This document shows, in pieces, positions 25,140 through 32,000 of a stretch of 32,000 bases of DNA; the stretch's first letter is position 1, and every line of letters starts with the position of its first letter. The notes beneath the pieces are model-generated. The model was not told the origin of the DNA and ran no database searches. It saw only the letters and a program-made list of their open reading frames with translations. Location of the stretch: the NCBI GenBank assembly GCA_000503915.1, contig CP006915.1:390001-422000 (forward strand), read 5' to 3'. A program made the translations under genes and the position numbers. This stretch comes from Candidatus Saccharimonadota bacterium (GTDB lineage Bacteria; Patescibacteriota; Saccharimonadia; Saccharimonadales; Saccharimonadaceae).

Positions 25140-26045
25140 CTAGCTATGAAACCGCTGGTGAATATCGCGAAGATGTTCGTCAGTCACGTGGGTGTAGACC
25201 TGGGTCGTAGCGATATTGCTATGACCGAGCATTGATTGGACGCTACGAAGATCGGCACCATTCATTAATAGGTCGGTGGCGAAACTATGGCGCATAGTAT
25301 GCGGTGAGACATGCTTAGTGATACCAGCAAGCCGGGCATATTTGTTGATCATGCGCTGGATGCTTCGTGGTGTTAGGCGGCGGAAGTCGCCGCTTTGGCT
25401 GGCGACATTGTTGCGACTGTAGCTGATAAACAGGGGCGGTAGGTTATCGAGTCGTGCATTCAGATAGTCGTTGACATGGTCGGCGGCGGCTTCAGTGATA
25501 AAAACTGGTCGATCCTTCTGACCTTTGCCACGCACCATAAATTCACGCCGACGCGTGTTGATATTGCCGCGGTTGAGGCCAACGAGTTCTGAAACGCGCA
25601 GACCACTGGAAAAGAGCAGCTCGATAATTGCCCGGTCACGTAAGCCTGGTTCGTCACTGGTATCGATGGCGTTGAGCAGACGGTCGATCTCCTCGACATG
25701 AAGGAAGGTAACCTGTTTACGGCTGACTTTCGGCAGCTTAATCTTATCTGGGGAGAGGCTAGGAATATTGCGGTCGGACAGATAACGCAGAAAGCCGCGT
25801 AGAGCAATCAGGTGGTAACTCTGCGTAATGGTCGCCAAGTCTTCCTGGTACTCATTTTGGTAGCGGTTGAGCCAGAGGCGGTATTTACGGATCGTTTCGG
25901 TAGTGATTTTTTCCACTTGGATATCACCAGTAAATTCAACAAAACGCTCAAGATAGAGTCGGTAATTTTCAGCTGTCCGCGCGGAGCGGCCACCTTCGAC
26001 TTCCAGCGACTCAACGAAATCTAGGAGTAATTCCGAGGTATACAT
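25140..26045 (-). CDS. Tyrosine recombinase, XerC/XerD family
   Basis: 'RDRAIIELLFSSGLRVSELVGL', 'HTMRHSFATDLLMNGADLRSVQSMLGHSNIATTQVYTHV' (R..HxxR..Y catalytic set) and an N-terminal SAM-like domain. Confidence 0.85.
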   Translation of the reverse strand: MYTSELLLDFVESLEVEGGRSARTAENYRLYLERFVEFTGDIQVEKITTETIRKYRLWLNRYQNEYQEDLATITQSYHLIALRGFLRYLSDRNIPSLSPDKIKLPKVSRKQVTFLHVEEIDRLLNAIDTSDEPGLRDRAIIELLFSSGLRVSELVGLNRGNINTRRREFMVRGKGQKDRPVFITEAAADHVNDYLNARLDNLPPLFISYSRNNVASQSGDFRRLTPRSIQRMINKYARLAGITKHVSPHTMRHSFATDLLMNGADLRSVQSMLGHSNIATTQVYTHVTDEHLRDIHQRFHS

Positions 26046-26066
26046 ACACCTATAGCATACCGTTAA

Positions 26067-26075
26067 TGGTACAAT
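26067..26075 (+). promoter_or_regulatory. Extended -10 (TGgTACAAT) 6 nt before the uppP ATG (leaderless candidate)
   Basis: Sequence 'aaTGgTACAATgagtccATG'. No SD. Confidence 0.35.
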
Positions 26076-26081
26076 GAGTCC

Positions 26082-26873
26082 ATGAGTTTGCTCGAGGTTA
26101 TCGTACTCGGCCTAGTGCAGGGATTGACTGAGTTTATTCCGATTAGTAGTTCGGGGCATTTGGTGGTCGCTCAAACACTGTTCGGGAGCGGTTCCGACCA
26201 CTTATTTCTCGAAGCGATCAATATTGGTACCTTCTTGGCACTAGTTGTGTATTTCTTCCCGAAAATTATGACAATCGTCCGCCTCTTGATCGAGAAGAGG
26301 GAAGGACGGCTCGTCCGTAACATATTGATCACCTCCGTTCCGGCAGGATTGGTTGGCTACGTAGCGGCGGACTTTATCAGTGGCTCGGCCTTTTTTGGTA
26401 GCATTATCGTTGTAATGGGCACGCTTCTCGTTGTCGGTATCTTAATGATTATCCTCGAAAAATTGCCGCGGCTTTCTGAGGCTCGTGATGGCGAGGCGTT
26501 GAGCGCAGGAAGGGCATTTCTTGTCGGCATTGCGCAAATGCTGGCGCTTATTCCAGGCGTTTCGCGCTCCGGATCAACTATCATTGCCGGGCGCTTGCTA
26601 GGGCTTAACCCCAAGGAAGCTGCTGAGTATAGTTTTCTCGCATCGCTACCGATTATGGCCGGCGTAACGTTGAAGGTGTTCCTGACTGACGGCGACTACC
26701 TGGCTGCTCATGCGACGGATCTCGTCATCGGCAATATCGTCGCTTTCCTATCGGGCCTTATGGCGGTCAGTTTCCTGATGCGTTATCTGGCGTACCACGA
26801 TCTGCGGCTATTTGGCTGGTACCGTGTGGCGCTCGCTGCTATCATTGGCGTCACGCTTTTGGTACAATTATAG
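26082..26873 (+). CDS. uppP: Undecaprenyl-diphosphate phosphatase
   Basis: 'GLVQGLTEFIPISSSGHL' and 'PGVSRSGSTI' are BacA/UppP signatures. Confidence 0.9.
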   Translation: MSLLEVIVLGLVQGLTEFIPISSSGHLVVAQTLFGSGSDHLFLEAINIGTFLALVVYFFPKIMTIVRLLIEKREGRLVRNILITSVPAGLVGYVAADFISGSAFFGSIIVVMGTLLVVGILMIILEKLPRLSEARDGEALSAGRAFLVGIAQMLALIPGVSRSGSTIIAGRLLGLNPKEAAEYSFLASLPIMAGVTLKVFLTDGDYLAAHATDLVIGNIVAFLSGLMAVSFLMRYLAYHDLRLFGWYRVALAAIIGVTLLVQL

Positions 26874-26891
26874 AGAATAAGAAGGAGAAAT

Positions 26892-27398
26892 ATGAGCAGT
26901 AATGTTGAACAGACATTAGTATTATTTAAGCCGGACACGGTTCAACGTGGCCTCGTGGGCGAGATTCTGACGCGTTTTGAGCGAGTTGGCCTCAAGGTCG
27001 TTGCCACCAAAATGATTGCTCCCGACCGCGACCACTACTACCGACATTATGAGGATATTGGTCAAATGGTGACACGCCGAGGCCAAAAGGCTTTCGATGT
27101 GACACTGTCGATGATGACGGAAGGTCCGGTGATCGCGATGGTCTTTGAGGGTGTCGAAGCGGTCTCATTGGTACGCAAGATGGTCGGTGGTACCGAGCCT
27201 AAGTCAGCACTTCCAGGTACGATCCGCGGCGACTTCTCGCACATGAGCTTTGAGTATGCCGACGGTCAGGACAAAGGTATTCCAAACTTGATTCATGCGT
27301 CGGGCGACCCGGACGAAGCTGAAAAGGAGATCAACCACTGGTTTTCTGACGGGGAGCTATACGACTACCATGCGTTGAACGAAAAATTCACCCGTTAA
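26892..27398 (+). CDS. ndk: Nucleoside diphosphate kinase
   Basis: 'EQTLVLFKPDTVQRGLVGEILTRFE', 'GTIRGDF', 'NLIHASGDPDEAEKEINHWF' (active-site His). AAGGAG SD. Confidence 0.9.
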   Translation: MSSNVEQTLVLFKPDTVQRGLVGEILTRFERVGLKVVATKMIAPDRDHYYRHYEDIGQMVTRRGQKAFDVTLSMMTEGPVIAMVFEGVEAVSLVRKMVGGTEPKSALPGTIRGDFSHMSFEYADGQDKGIPNLIHASGDPDEAEKEINHWFSDGELYDYHALNEKFTR

Positions 27399-27416
27399 GG
27401 GGGGTGACGGCTATAA

Positions 27417-27443
27417 AAACAGCGGCAAGAATGGCCGCTGTTT
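27417..27443 (+). terminator. Rho-independent terminator after ndk
   Basis: AAACAGCGGC - aagaatg - GCCGCTGTTT: 10-bp stem with a short T tract. Confidence 0.55.
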
Positions 27444-27453
27444 ACGATTTAGC

Positions 27454-27462
27454 TGGTATAAT
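27454..27462 (+). promoter_or_regulatory. Extended -10 promoter (TGgTATAAT) for tRNA-Arg
   Basis: Lies 10 nt upstream of tRNA position 1. Confidence 0.45.
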
Positions 27463-27471
27463 CGAAGCGGG

Positions 27472-27548
27472 GCCCTGGTAGCTCAACTGGACAGAGCAGT
27501 TCCGTCCTAAGGAAAAGGTTGCAGGTTCGACTCCTGCCCGGGGTACCA
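27472..27548 (+). tRNA. tRNA-Arg (anticodon CCT), CCA encoded
   Basis: Hand-folded. Acceptor GCCCTGG/CCGGGGT (two G-U pairs). D arm GCTC-aactggaca-GAGC. Anticodon loop gtCCTaa. T arm GCAGG-ttcgact-CCTGC. Discriminator A plus CCA. Confidence 0.85.
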
Positions 27549-27558
27549 GGTATAAGGT

Positions 27559-28098
27559 ATGAAAAAACACACCAAGAATATACAGCAGTTTGAAGGCCAG
27601 CGTGAGGGTGAAACGCTTCTCTTCGTCTTCCGTCGCCATATCATCGCGATGCGAAAAGGGTTCTATGGGCTGCTTATTCCCTTTGCTATCACGGCTATTC
27701 CGCCACTTATCTGGCAAGATAATCTACAATTATTCTTACTTCCGCTCGGTGGGCTACTTCTTGGCTTGCTGATTTTTTCATACCATTTTGTACTGTGGTA
27801 CTATACTGTCTACATTGTAACTGACCAACGTATCCGTCAGGTTACCCAAAAAGGGTTTTTTGGTACCGATGTCGTCGAGCTACGGCTGTCAAAGATTCAA
27901 AACATAAGCTATAATATACCTGGCTTTAGCGGTGAACTATTCGGCTTTGGCACTATTGTCATTCAGACATTTGTCGGTGACCTGGTGATTCATAAGGTCG
28001 AACATCCCGATAAAATTTACAACAAGCTGCAAGATGCTGTCTTGAACGCGATCGAAAAGCAAGGAGCGTATGAAAAAACCGAGGATCAAGAGACGTAA
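27559..28098 (+). CDS. Membrane protein with bacterial PH (bPH_2/YdbT-like) domain
   Basis: Two TM helices followed by 'YTVYIVTDQRIRQVTQKGFFGTDVVELRLSKIQNISYNIPGFSGELFGFGTIVIQT', which is bPH_2-like. Starts 11 nt after the tRNA. Confidence 0.65.
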   Translation: MKKHTKNIQQFEGQREGETLLFVFRRHIIAMRKGFYGLLIPFAITAIPPLIWQDNLQLFLLPLGGLLLGLLIFSYHFVLWYYTVYIVTDQRIRQVTQKGFFGTDVVELRLSKIQNISYNIPGFSGELFGFGTIVIQTFVGDLVIHKVEHPDKIYNKLQDAVLNAIEKQGAYEKTEDQET

Positions 28099-29131
28099 GA
28101 AAGAGGCGCCGGAAGCACCGGCTCGCATTACTAATGAAACCGTCGCTGAACACCGCGAAAAAATCTTGGCAGGCGGACGCCGTTTTAAGTATCCGCATCA
28201 GTATGCCAGGCATAGACTGGTAATAAATGCCATACTTATCTCACTAGCGACGCTCGTTATCCTTGTAGTTGTGGCCTGGTGGCAGCTTTACCCGATGCAA
28301 AATACCAGTACCTTCTTTTATCGACTGACGCGCATTTTACCGGTGCCGGTTGCATCGGTAGACGGCACATCGGTACGTTATAGCGATTATTTGGTGAGTT
28401 TGAGCGGGTCAAAACATTATTTGGAACAAACCGAGGGGTTGAATCTCGATTCAGCAGACGGCAAAAGACAAATTGAATATATAAAACGCCAGGCGCTTGA
28501 TAGTGCAATCGCCGATACTTATGCCGCAAAGATCGCCCGCGAAAAGAACATTACTGTAAGTGATAGTGAGGTAGAAGCGGCGATTGACGCTAGTCGTGAC
28601 ACCGTGAGTGGCCGTATATCGCGCGAAGTCTATGACGACTCGGCATACAGCACCTTCGGATACGAGGCGGATGAGTACCGTGATATCTTGCAGCGCGCGT
28701 TGCTTCGTCAAAAGGTTGCCTATGCTGTAGACGGGACGGCTAGGGATGCTAAAACGACTGCCGAGGGGTATATCCGCCAGGCCAAAAAGCCAACGCTCAG
28801 CGCACTAGCGACGCAACTGAAAAAAGCAGGCTTCGTCGTGCAAGCGGGCTCGTCAGGTTCTGTCCCACTAACCAATCATGACGGTGGATTAACACAAGCA
28901 GCCAGGCAGCTGACAAAAGGCAAGGTATCGGGTTTTCTGAGTTCGACGACTGGAGACGGCTACTACTTGGTGCAACTAACGTCAAAAACCGAGACACAGC
29001 TCAGTTACGATTTTTTGAAAATTCCTCTGACTGAGTTTGACCGTGGGCTGCAGCAGCTAGCGAGCAAGCGCGCTATTCGAGAATATATTTCGGTCAGTAA
29101 AACGACCAGTGAAATTATCTACAATAAATAA
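28070..29131 (+). CDS. Membrane-anchored SurA-N/PrsA-like chaperone-domain protein (no obvious PPIase domain)
   Basis: Basic N-terminus, a TM segment, then 'VASVDGTSVRYSDYL', like the start of SurA_N-type domains. AAGGAG SD. 29-nt overlap with the upstream gene. Confidence 0.45.
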   Translation: MKKPRIKRRKKEAPEAPARITNETVAEHREKILAGGRRFKYPHQYARHRLVINAILISLATLVILVVVAWWQLYPMQNTSTFFYRLTRILPVPVASVDGTSVRYSDYLVSLSGSKHYLEQTEGLNLDSADGKRQIEYIKRQALDSAIADTYAAKIAREKNITVSDSEVEAAIDASRDTVSGRISREVYDDSAYSTFGYEADEYRDILQRALLRQKVAYAVDGTARDAKTTAEGYIRQAKKPTLSALATQLKKAGFVVQAGSSGSVPLTNHDGGLTQAARQLTKGKVSGFLSSTTGDGYYLVQLTSKTETQLSYDFLKIPLTEFDRGLQQLASKRAIREYISVSKTTSEIIYNK

Positions 29132-29143
29132 GGAGGGTAAACT

Positions 29144-29740
29144 ATGTACCAATTACCAGAGCTCGGCTACGGCTACGATTCCTTAGGGGGCTATATAAGC
29201 AAAGATATCATGGAGCTGCATCATTCCAAGCACCATCAGGCCTATATCGACAAATTGAATAAAGCACTCGACGAGGCGCCGGCACTCAAAGAACGCAGTC
29301 TTGAGTCACTACTTGGTGACCTCGACAGTCTGCCGGATGTTGTGCGGACGGCTGTGCGCAACAATGGTGGTGGTCATTATAACCACAGTTTATTCTGGCA
29401 GTGGATGAGTCCGAACGGTGGCGGCGAACCAAACGGAGAATTGGCGACTCGATTAGAAGAGAAATACGGCAGTTTTCAAGGGTTCGTAGATGAATTTACC
29501 ACGAAATCCCTGAGTGTCTTTGGTAGCGGCTGGTGTTGGCTTCAGCCTGATATGGAAATTATTACAACAGCCAACCAGGACGCGCCGATCATGCAGGGAC
29601 TCTCGGCACCACTGCTTGGCCTGGACGTCTGGGAGCATGCCTACTACCTGGACTACAAGAATAAGCGCGACGATTACGTAAAGGCGTGGTGGAATACGGT
29701 TGATTGGAAGTTTGTGTCGTCAAGGCTCGAGGGGAGGTAG
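29144..29740 (+). CDS. sodA: Fe/Mn superoxide dismutase
   Basis: 'LPELGYGYDSL...MELHHSKHHQAY', 'GGGHYNHSLFW', 'LLGLDVWEHAYYLDYKNKR'. Metal specificity not determinable here. Confidence 0.9.
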   Translation: MYQLPELGYGYDSLGGYISKDIMELHHSKHHQAYIDKLNKALDEAPALKERSLESLLGDLDSLPDVVRTAVRNNGGGHYNHSLFWQWMSPNGGGEPNGELATRLEEKYGSFQGFVDEFTTKSLSVFGSGWCWLQPDMEIITTANQDAPIMQGLSAPLLGLDVWEHAYYLDYKNKRDDYVKAWWNTVDWKFVSSRLEGR

Positions 29741-29895
29741 AGGTTGCTATCCCACCGGATGGTTCCAGTAGGCTGGAACCTCCGCTTGCTCATTGTTCTG
29801 AGAGTAAACTCTCGAACGATTTCGCTGTACTACACCCAAACCGGTGATGGCTCACTGTGTTCGCCGCGCAGATTCAAATCCGGTACGACGACAAG

Positions 29896-29935
29896 CCACG
29901 AAAAAACGTCATCAGGTGATGACGTTTTTTCGTGG
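29896..29935. terminator. Large bidirectional rho-independent terminator
   Basis: CCACGAAAAAACGTCATC-aggt-GATGACGTTTTTTCGTGG: 18-bp perfect stem with an A tract on one arm and a T tract on the other. Confidence 0.7.
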
Positions 29936-30001
29936 CGGGATTCGAACCGGCGATCTCCTCCGTGACAGGGAGGCGTGATAGGCCAACTTCACTACGAGCC
30001 C
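29935..30001 (-). tRNA. tRNA-Asp(GTC)-like sequence lacking a 3' acceptor strand (possible pseudo-tRNA)
   Basis: Minus strand GGGCTCG TA GTGA agttggccta TCAC G CCTCC ctGTCac GGAGG agatc GCCGG ttcgaat CCCGC, then CACGAAAAAA (terminator). The required 3' strand CGAGCCC is absent and T-stem pair 51:63 is C-C. Confidence 0.55.
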
Positions 30002-30023
30002 GTATTGAGAATAAGCTTCCCGT

Positions 30024-30032
30024 ATCATAGCA
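30024..30032 (-). promoter_or_regulatory. Extended -10 (TGcTATGAT) upstream of the tRNA-Asp-like sequence
   Basis: Minus strand 'ttTGcTATGATacgggaagcttattctcaatacGGGCTCG'. Confidence 0.35.
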
Positions 30033-30088
30033 AAATCTGGCCTCTGGTGCAACTCCTACTCAGGACCGTTTATTTTACTTCTTGGCAA

Positions 30089-30097
30089 TGCTATAAT
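30089..30097 (+). promoter_or_regulatory. Extended -10 (TGcTATAAT) upstream of tRNA-Thr
   Basis: Sequence 'ggcaaTGcTATAATgac', ~70 nt upstream of the tRNA. Confidence 0.4.
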
Positions 30098-30168
30098 GAC
30101 TAGTGATCTGCCACATGATGACGAGCATTGCTCTCCGGGATTCTCGTGCTTACTGGCGGAACCGTTTT

Positions 30169-30244
30169 GCCGCCTTAGCTCAGTTGGTAGAGCGGTACTT
30201 TCGTAAAGTATAGGTCGCCGGTTCAAATCCGGCAGGCGGCTCCA
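30169..30244 (+). tRNA. tRNA-Thr (anticodon CGT), CCA encoded
   Basis: Hand-folded. Acceptor GCCGCCT/AGGCGGC. D arm GCTC-agttggta-GAGC. Anticodon stem GTACT/AGTAT with loop ttCGTaa. T arm GCCGG-ttcaaat-CCGGC. Discriminator T plus CCA. Confidence 0.9.
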
Positions 30245-30254
30245 CAGGAAACGT

Positions 30255-30632
30255 ATGAAACATATCATTCATTCAGCATTCAAACAAGTAATTGCCGACC
30301 GGGTATTGATGCTATTTTGTATCGGCATTGTTGTTGCTAGTGCTGTCTATATTCTCTACGTCGCCCTGTCTCTCCACGCTAGTGACTTGCAACTTGCCAT
30401 TCGGTACACCTCGTATGGCGAAACACATATTTACCGAGATAAATGGTACTACTTATTGTCATTCATTGGACTTGGTTTAGTGTTTATGGCTGTCCATATC
30501 GGGGTGATAGTAAAGCTTCATATGAATGGACTTAGACAGCTTGGATATGCCGTTGGCTGGCTCAGCGTGGTGATGCTGGCTTTGATGTTTATTTACACGC
30601 ATGCCGTACTCGGCATCGCGTACCTTAGTTAA
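30255..30632 (+). CDS. Small integral membrane protein (125 aa, ~4 TM)
   Basis: ORF track, hydrophobic segments throughout. Starts 10 nt after tRNA-Thr and ends 5 nt before the GT2 gene. Confidence 0.6.
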   Translation: MKHIIHSAFKQVIADRVLMLFCIGIVVASAVYILYVALSLHASDLQLAIRYTSYGETHIYRDKWYYLLSFIGLGLVFMAVHIGVIVKLHMNGLRQLGYAVGWLSVVMLALMFIYTHAVLGIAYLS

Positions 30633-30637
30633 GCCGT

Positions 30638-32000
30638 ATGATTGACCTCGAAATACCGCTCGGTCGACGACAGTGGCGCTACCGGCTGTTTGAGATGGTA
30701 CCAGGCCTGCTTAGCTGGGGTTCAATTATTCTTTTGGTGGCCTTATCGTTGCTTAATCCGCTGCTAGCAGGAGTTTACGTACTACTTGTCATTGTGACGC
30801 TGCTTATAAAGGCAGTGGGAATCGCCATTCATACCTTGACGGGAAGCCGCCGGATTGAAAAAGCCCAAACTATCGATTGGCATGCCAGGCTCAATGACTT
30901 ATCTGATCCGGAGGCGTCATATACGCACTGGCTGGAGCATCGTATGAAAGAACTTGGGCACACGGCACACGGAGAGAACCTACGCCTGATGAGCAATGCC
31001 CATGAAGTCTATCCGAAGCCTCGGGATATCTATAACGCGGTGATCATTGCTACCTACAACGAGTCGTATGACGTCCTGAAGCCGACGCTGCAGTCGCTGA
31101 TCGATACCACGTACGATCTCGGCCACCTTATCGTTGTGATCGCCTATGAAGAACGAGGCGGTGAGACGACGCGCACCACCGTAGCGCGGCTCCAGAGGGA
31201 GTTCGCAGACTCCTTCAAGGCACTTGAGATGGTCATGCATCCGAAAGACCTACCTGATGAGGTGGTGGGAAAGGGTGCCAACATCACCTATGCTGGGAGA
31301 TATTTGCAATCCTGGCTTGATAAAGAGGGGATCACGTATCAAAACGTCCTTGTTACGACGCTCGATAGCGACAATCGACCACATCGGACATACTTTGACT
31401 ACGTTACCTATGAGTACATTGTGCACGATAATCGTAAGCATCTGGCTTTTCAACCGGTATCGCTCTTCCTTAACAATATATGGGACGTACCAGCACCGAT
31501 GCGTGTTGTCGCCACAGGCAACTCATTCTGGAATATTATCAGCTCGATGCGGCCACATATGCTTCGGAACTTTGCTTCGCACTCCCAGCCGATGGATGCG
31601 CTGGTAGAGATGAACTTCTGGAGTAAGCGAACCATTGTCGAGGATGGTCACCAATACTGGCGGAGTTATTTCTACTTTGGTGGCAATTATGAGGTGGTTC
31701 CCATTTTTGTACCAATTTACCAAGACGCGGTTCTATCGGACACCTATTGGCATACTTTGAAAGCGCAATTTGTCCAGCTGCGACGCTGGGCGTATGGCGC
31801 CTCAGATGTACCCTATGTTGCCACTCGTATATTTACGAGAAAGCGTAATGTTCCGTTTTGGGCGGGTTTCACGCGGCTGGTACGCTTGATTGATGGCCAC
31901 GTTACACTTGCTTCGGTTTCCATCATCGTTACCTTTGGTGGCTGGATACCGCTCCTTATCAATAGTAAGGCCGCGCTCAGTGTAGCAGCCAATCAACTGC
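30638..32000 (+). CDS. Membrane-bound processive family-2 glycosyltransferase (cellulose/chitin/hyaluronan-synthase-like), 3' end beyond window
   Basis: Not in ORF track (no stop in window). Hand translation from ATG 30638: MIDLEIPLGRRQWRYRLFEMVPGLLSWGSIILLVAL... Motifs: 'AVIIATYNES', 'TTLDSDN' (DxD), 'IVEDGHQYW' (ED) and 'QFVQLRRWAYG' (QxxRW). Confidence 0.8.
   Translation, partial: MIDLEIPLGRRQWRYRLFEMVPGLLSWGSIILLVALSLLNPLLAGVYVLLVIVTLLIKAVGIAIHTLTGSRRIEKAQTIDWHARLNDLSDPEASYTHWLEHRMKELGHTAHGENLRLMSNAHEVYPKPRDIYNAVIIATYNESYDVLKPTLQSLIDTTYDLGHLIVVIAYEERGGETTRTTVARLQREFADSFKALEMVMHPKDLPDEVVGKGANITYAGRYLQSWLDKEGITYQNVLVTTLDSDNRPHRTYFDYVTYEYIVHDNRKHLAFQPVSLFLNNIWDVPAPMRVVATGNSFWNIISSMRPHMLRNFASHSQPMDALVEMNFWSKRTIVEDGHQYWRSYFYFGGNYEVVPIFVPIYQDAVLSDTYWHTLKAQFVQLRRWAYGASDVPYVATRIFTRKRNVPFWAGFTRLVRLIDGHVTLASVSIIVTFGGWIPLLINSKAALSVAANQL

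Noticed and set aside
25140-26045. The tyrosine recombinase as the integrase of an island (T4P locus or the AT-rich block)
   Set aside because: The sequence is a canonical XerC/XerD-type chromosomal resolvase. It is 15 kb from the AT-rich block, has no flanking direct repeats or tRNA target, and shares the GC content of its neighbours.
27442-27717. Minus-strand ORFs overlapping the tRNAs (27442-27717 and 30056-30268)
   Set aside because: They contain the reverse-complement translation of tRNA genes (for example '...AGVEPATF...', '...RLPDLNRRP...'). This is a classic artefact.
29744-29965. 73-aa TTG-start ORF after sodA with an apparent GGAGG upstream
   Set aside because: It reads straight through the two hairpins, the 18-bp terminator stem and into the tRNA-like sequence. 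Its composition is not protein-like.
29720-30001. Possibility that tRNA-Asp is split, with its 3' acceptor strand supplied ~200 nt away (minus-strand CGAGCCT at about 29720-29727, inside the sodA 3' end, would pair 7/7 with GGGCTCG allowing one G-U)
   Set aside because: A 7-mer match with wobble is expected by chance at a few-percent level in this span. No T-stem strand precedes it, it overlaps the sodA coding sequence, and no bacterial intron class is known at position 65/66. It is kept only as a note for whoever runs tRNA scanners.
1-32000. CRISPR arrays, rRNA, IS/transposase, reverse transcriptase/DGR, alternative genetic code
   Set aside because: No regularly spaced repeats, rRNA-like segments, transposase or RT motifs were seen. 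Long ORFs are intact under the standard code and TGA is used as a stop (for example 2237-2239 and 22579-2581), so recoding is not indicated.

Overview
By gene content and pilin style this 32-kb window looks like a small-genome, secretin-less (monoderm-type) bacterium, possibly CPR/Saccharibacteria-like. That assignment is inference only and cannot be verified here. The window has three parts.

(i) 1 to ~9.8 kb is an AT-rich accessory block, about 38% GC in a hand-counted line. It carries mobile-element-type genes:
- a partial AAA_25/RepA-like ATPase running off the left edge
- a possible wHTH protein and a GIY-YIG nuclease
- a UmuC-like Y-family polymerase preceded by two tiny coupled ORFs
- orphan membrane-anchored proteins
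- an intact macro-domain gene plus a truncated, frameshifted paralog
- a DedA protein and an APC permease
- an 84-bp direct repeat that encodes a conserved promoter plus micro-ORF

(ii) 9.8 to 25.1 kb is a single-strand, tightly coupled type IV pilus locus. Its order is TPR-like anchor protein, 999-aa secreted protein, pilM, pilN, pilO-like, 73-aa membrane protein, pilB, pilT, pilC, pilA (own promoter and terminator), pilD, three minor pilins and a PilX/GspK-like protein. No secretin gene is present in the window.

(iii) 25.1 to 32 kb is housekeeping:
- Xer-type recombinase, uppP, ndk, tRNA-Arg(CCT)
- bPH-domain membrane protein, SurA-N-like protein, Fe/Mn SOD
- a structured spacer, a large bidirectional terminator and a 3'-truncated tRNA-Asp-like sequence
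- tRNA-Thr(CGT), a small membrane protein and a partial processive GT2 synthase running off the right edge

No CRISPR array, rRNA, transposase or reverse transcriptase was seen. The items most worth follow-up are:
- the 999-aa protein at the head of the pilus operon
- the paralogous leaderless micro-ORFs upstream of the transporter genes
- the UmuC cassette
- the broken tRNA-Asp locus
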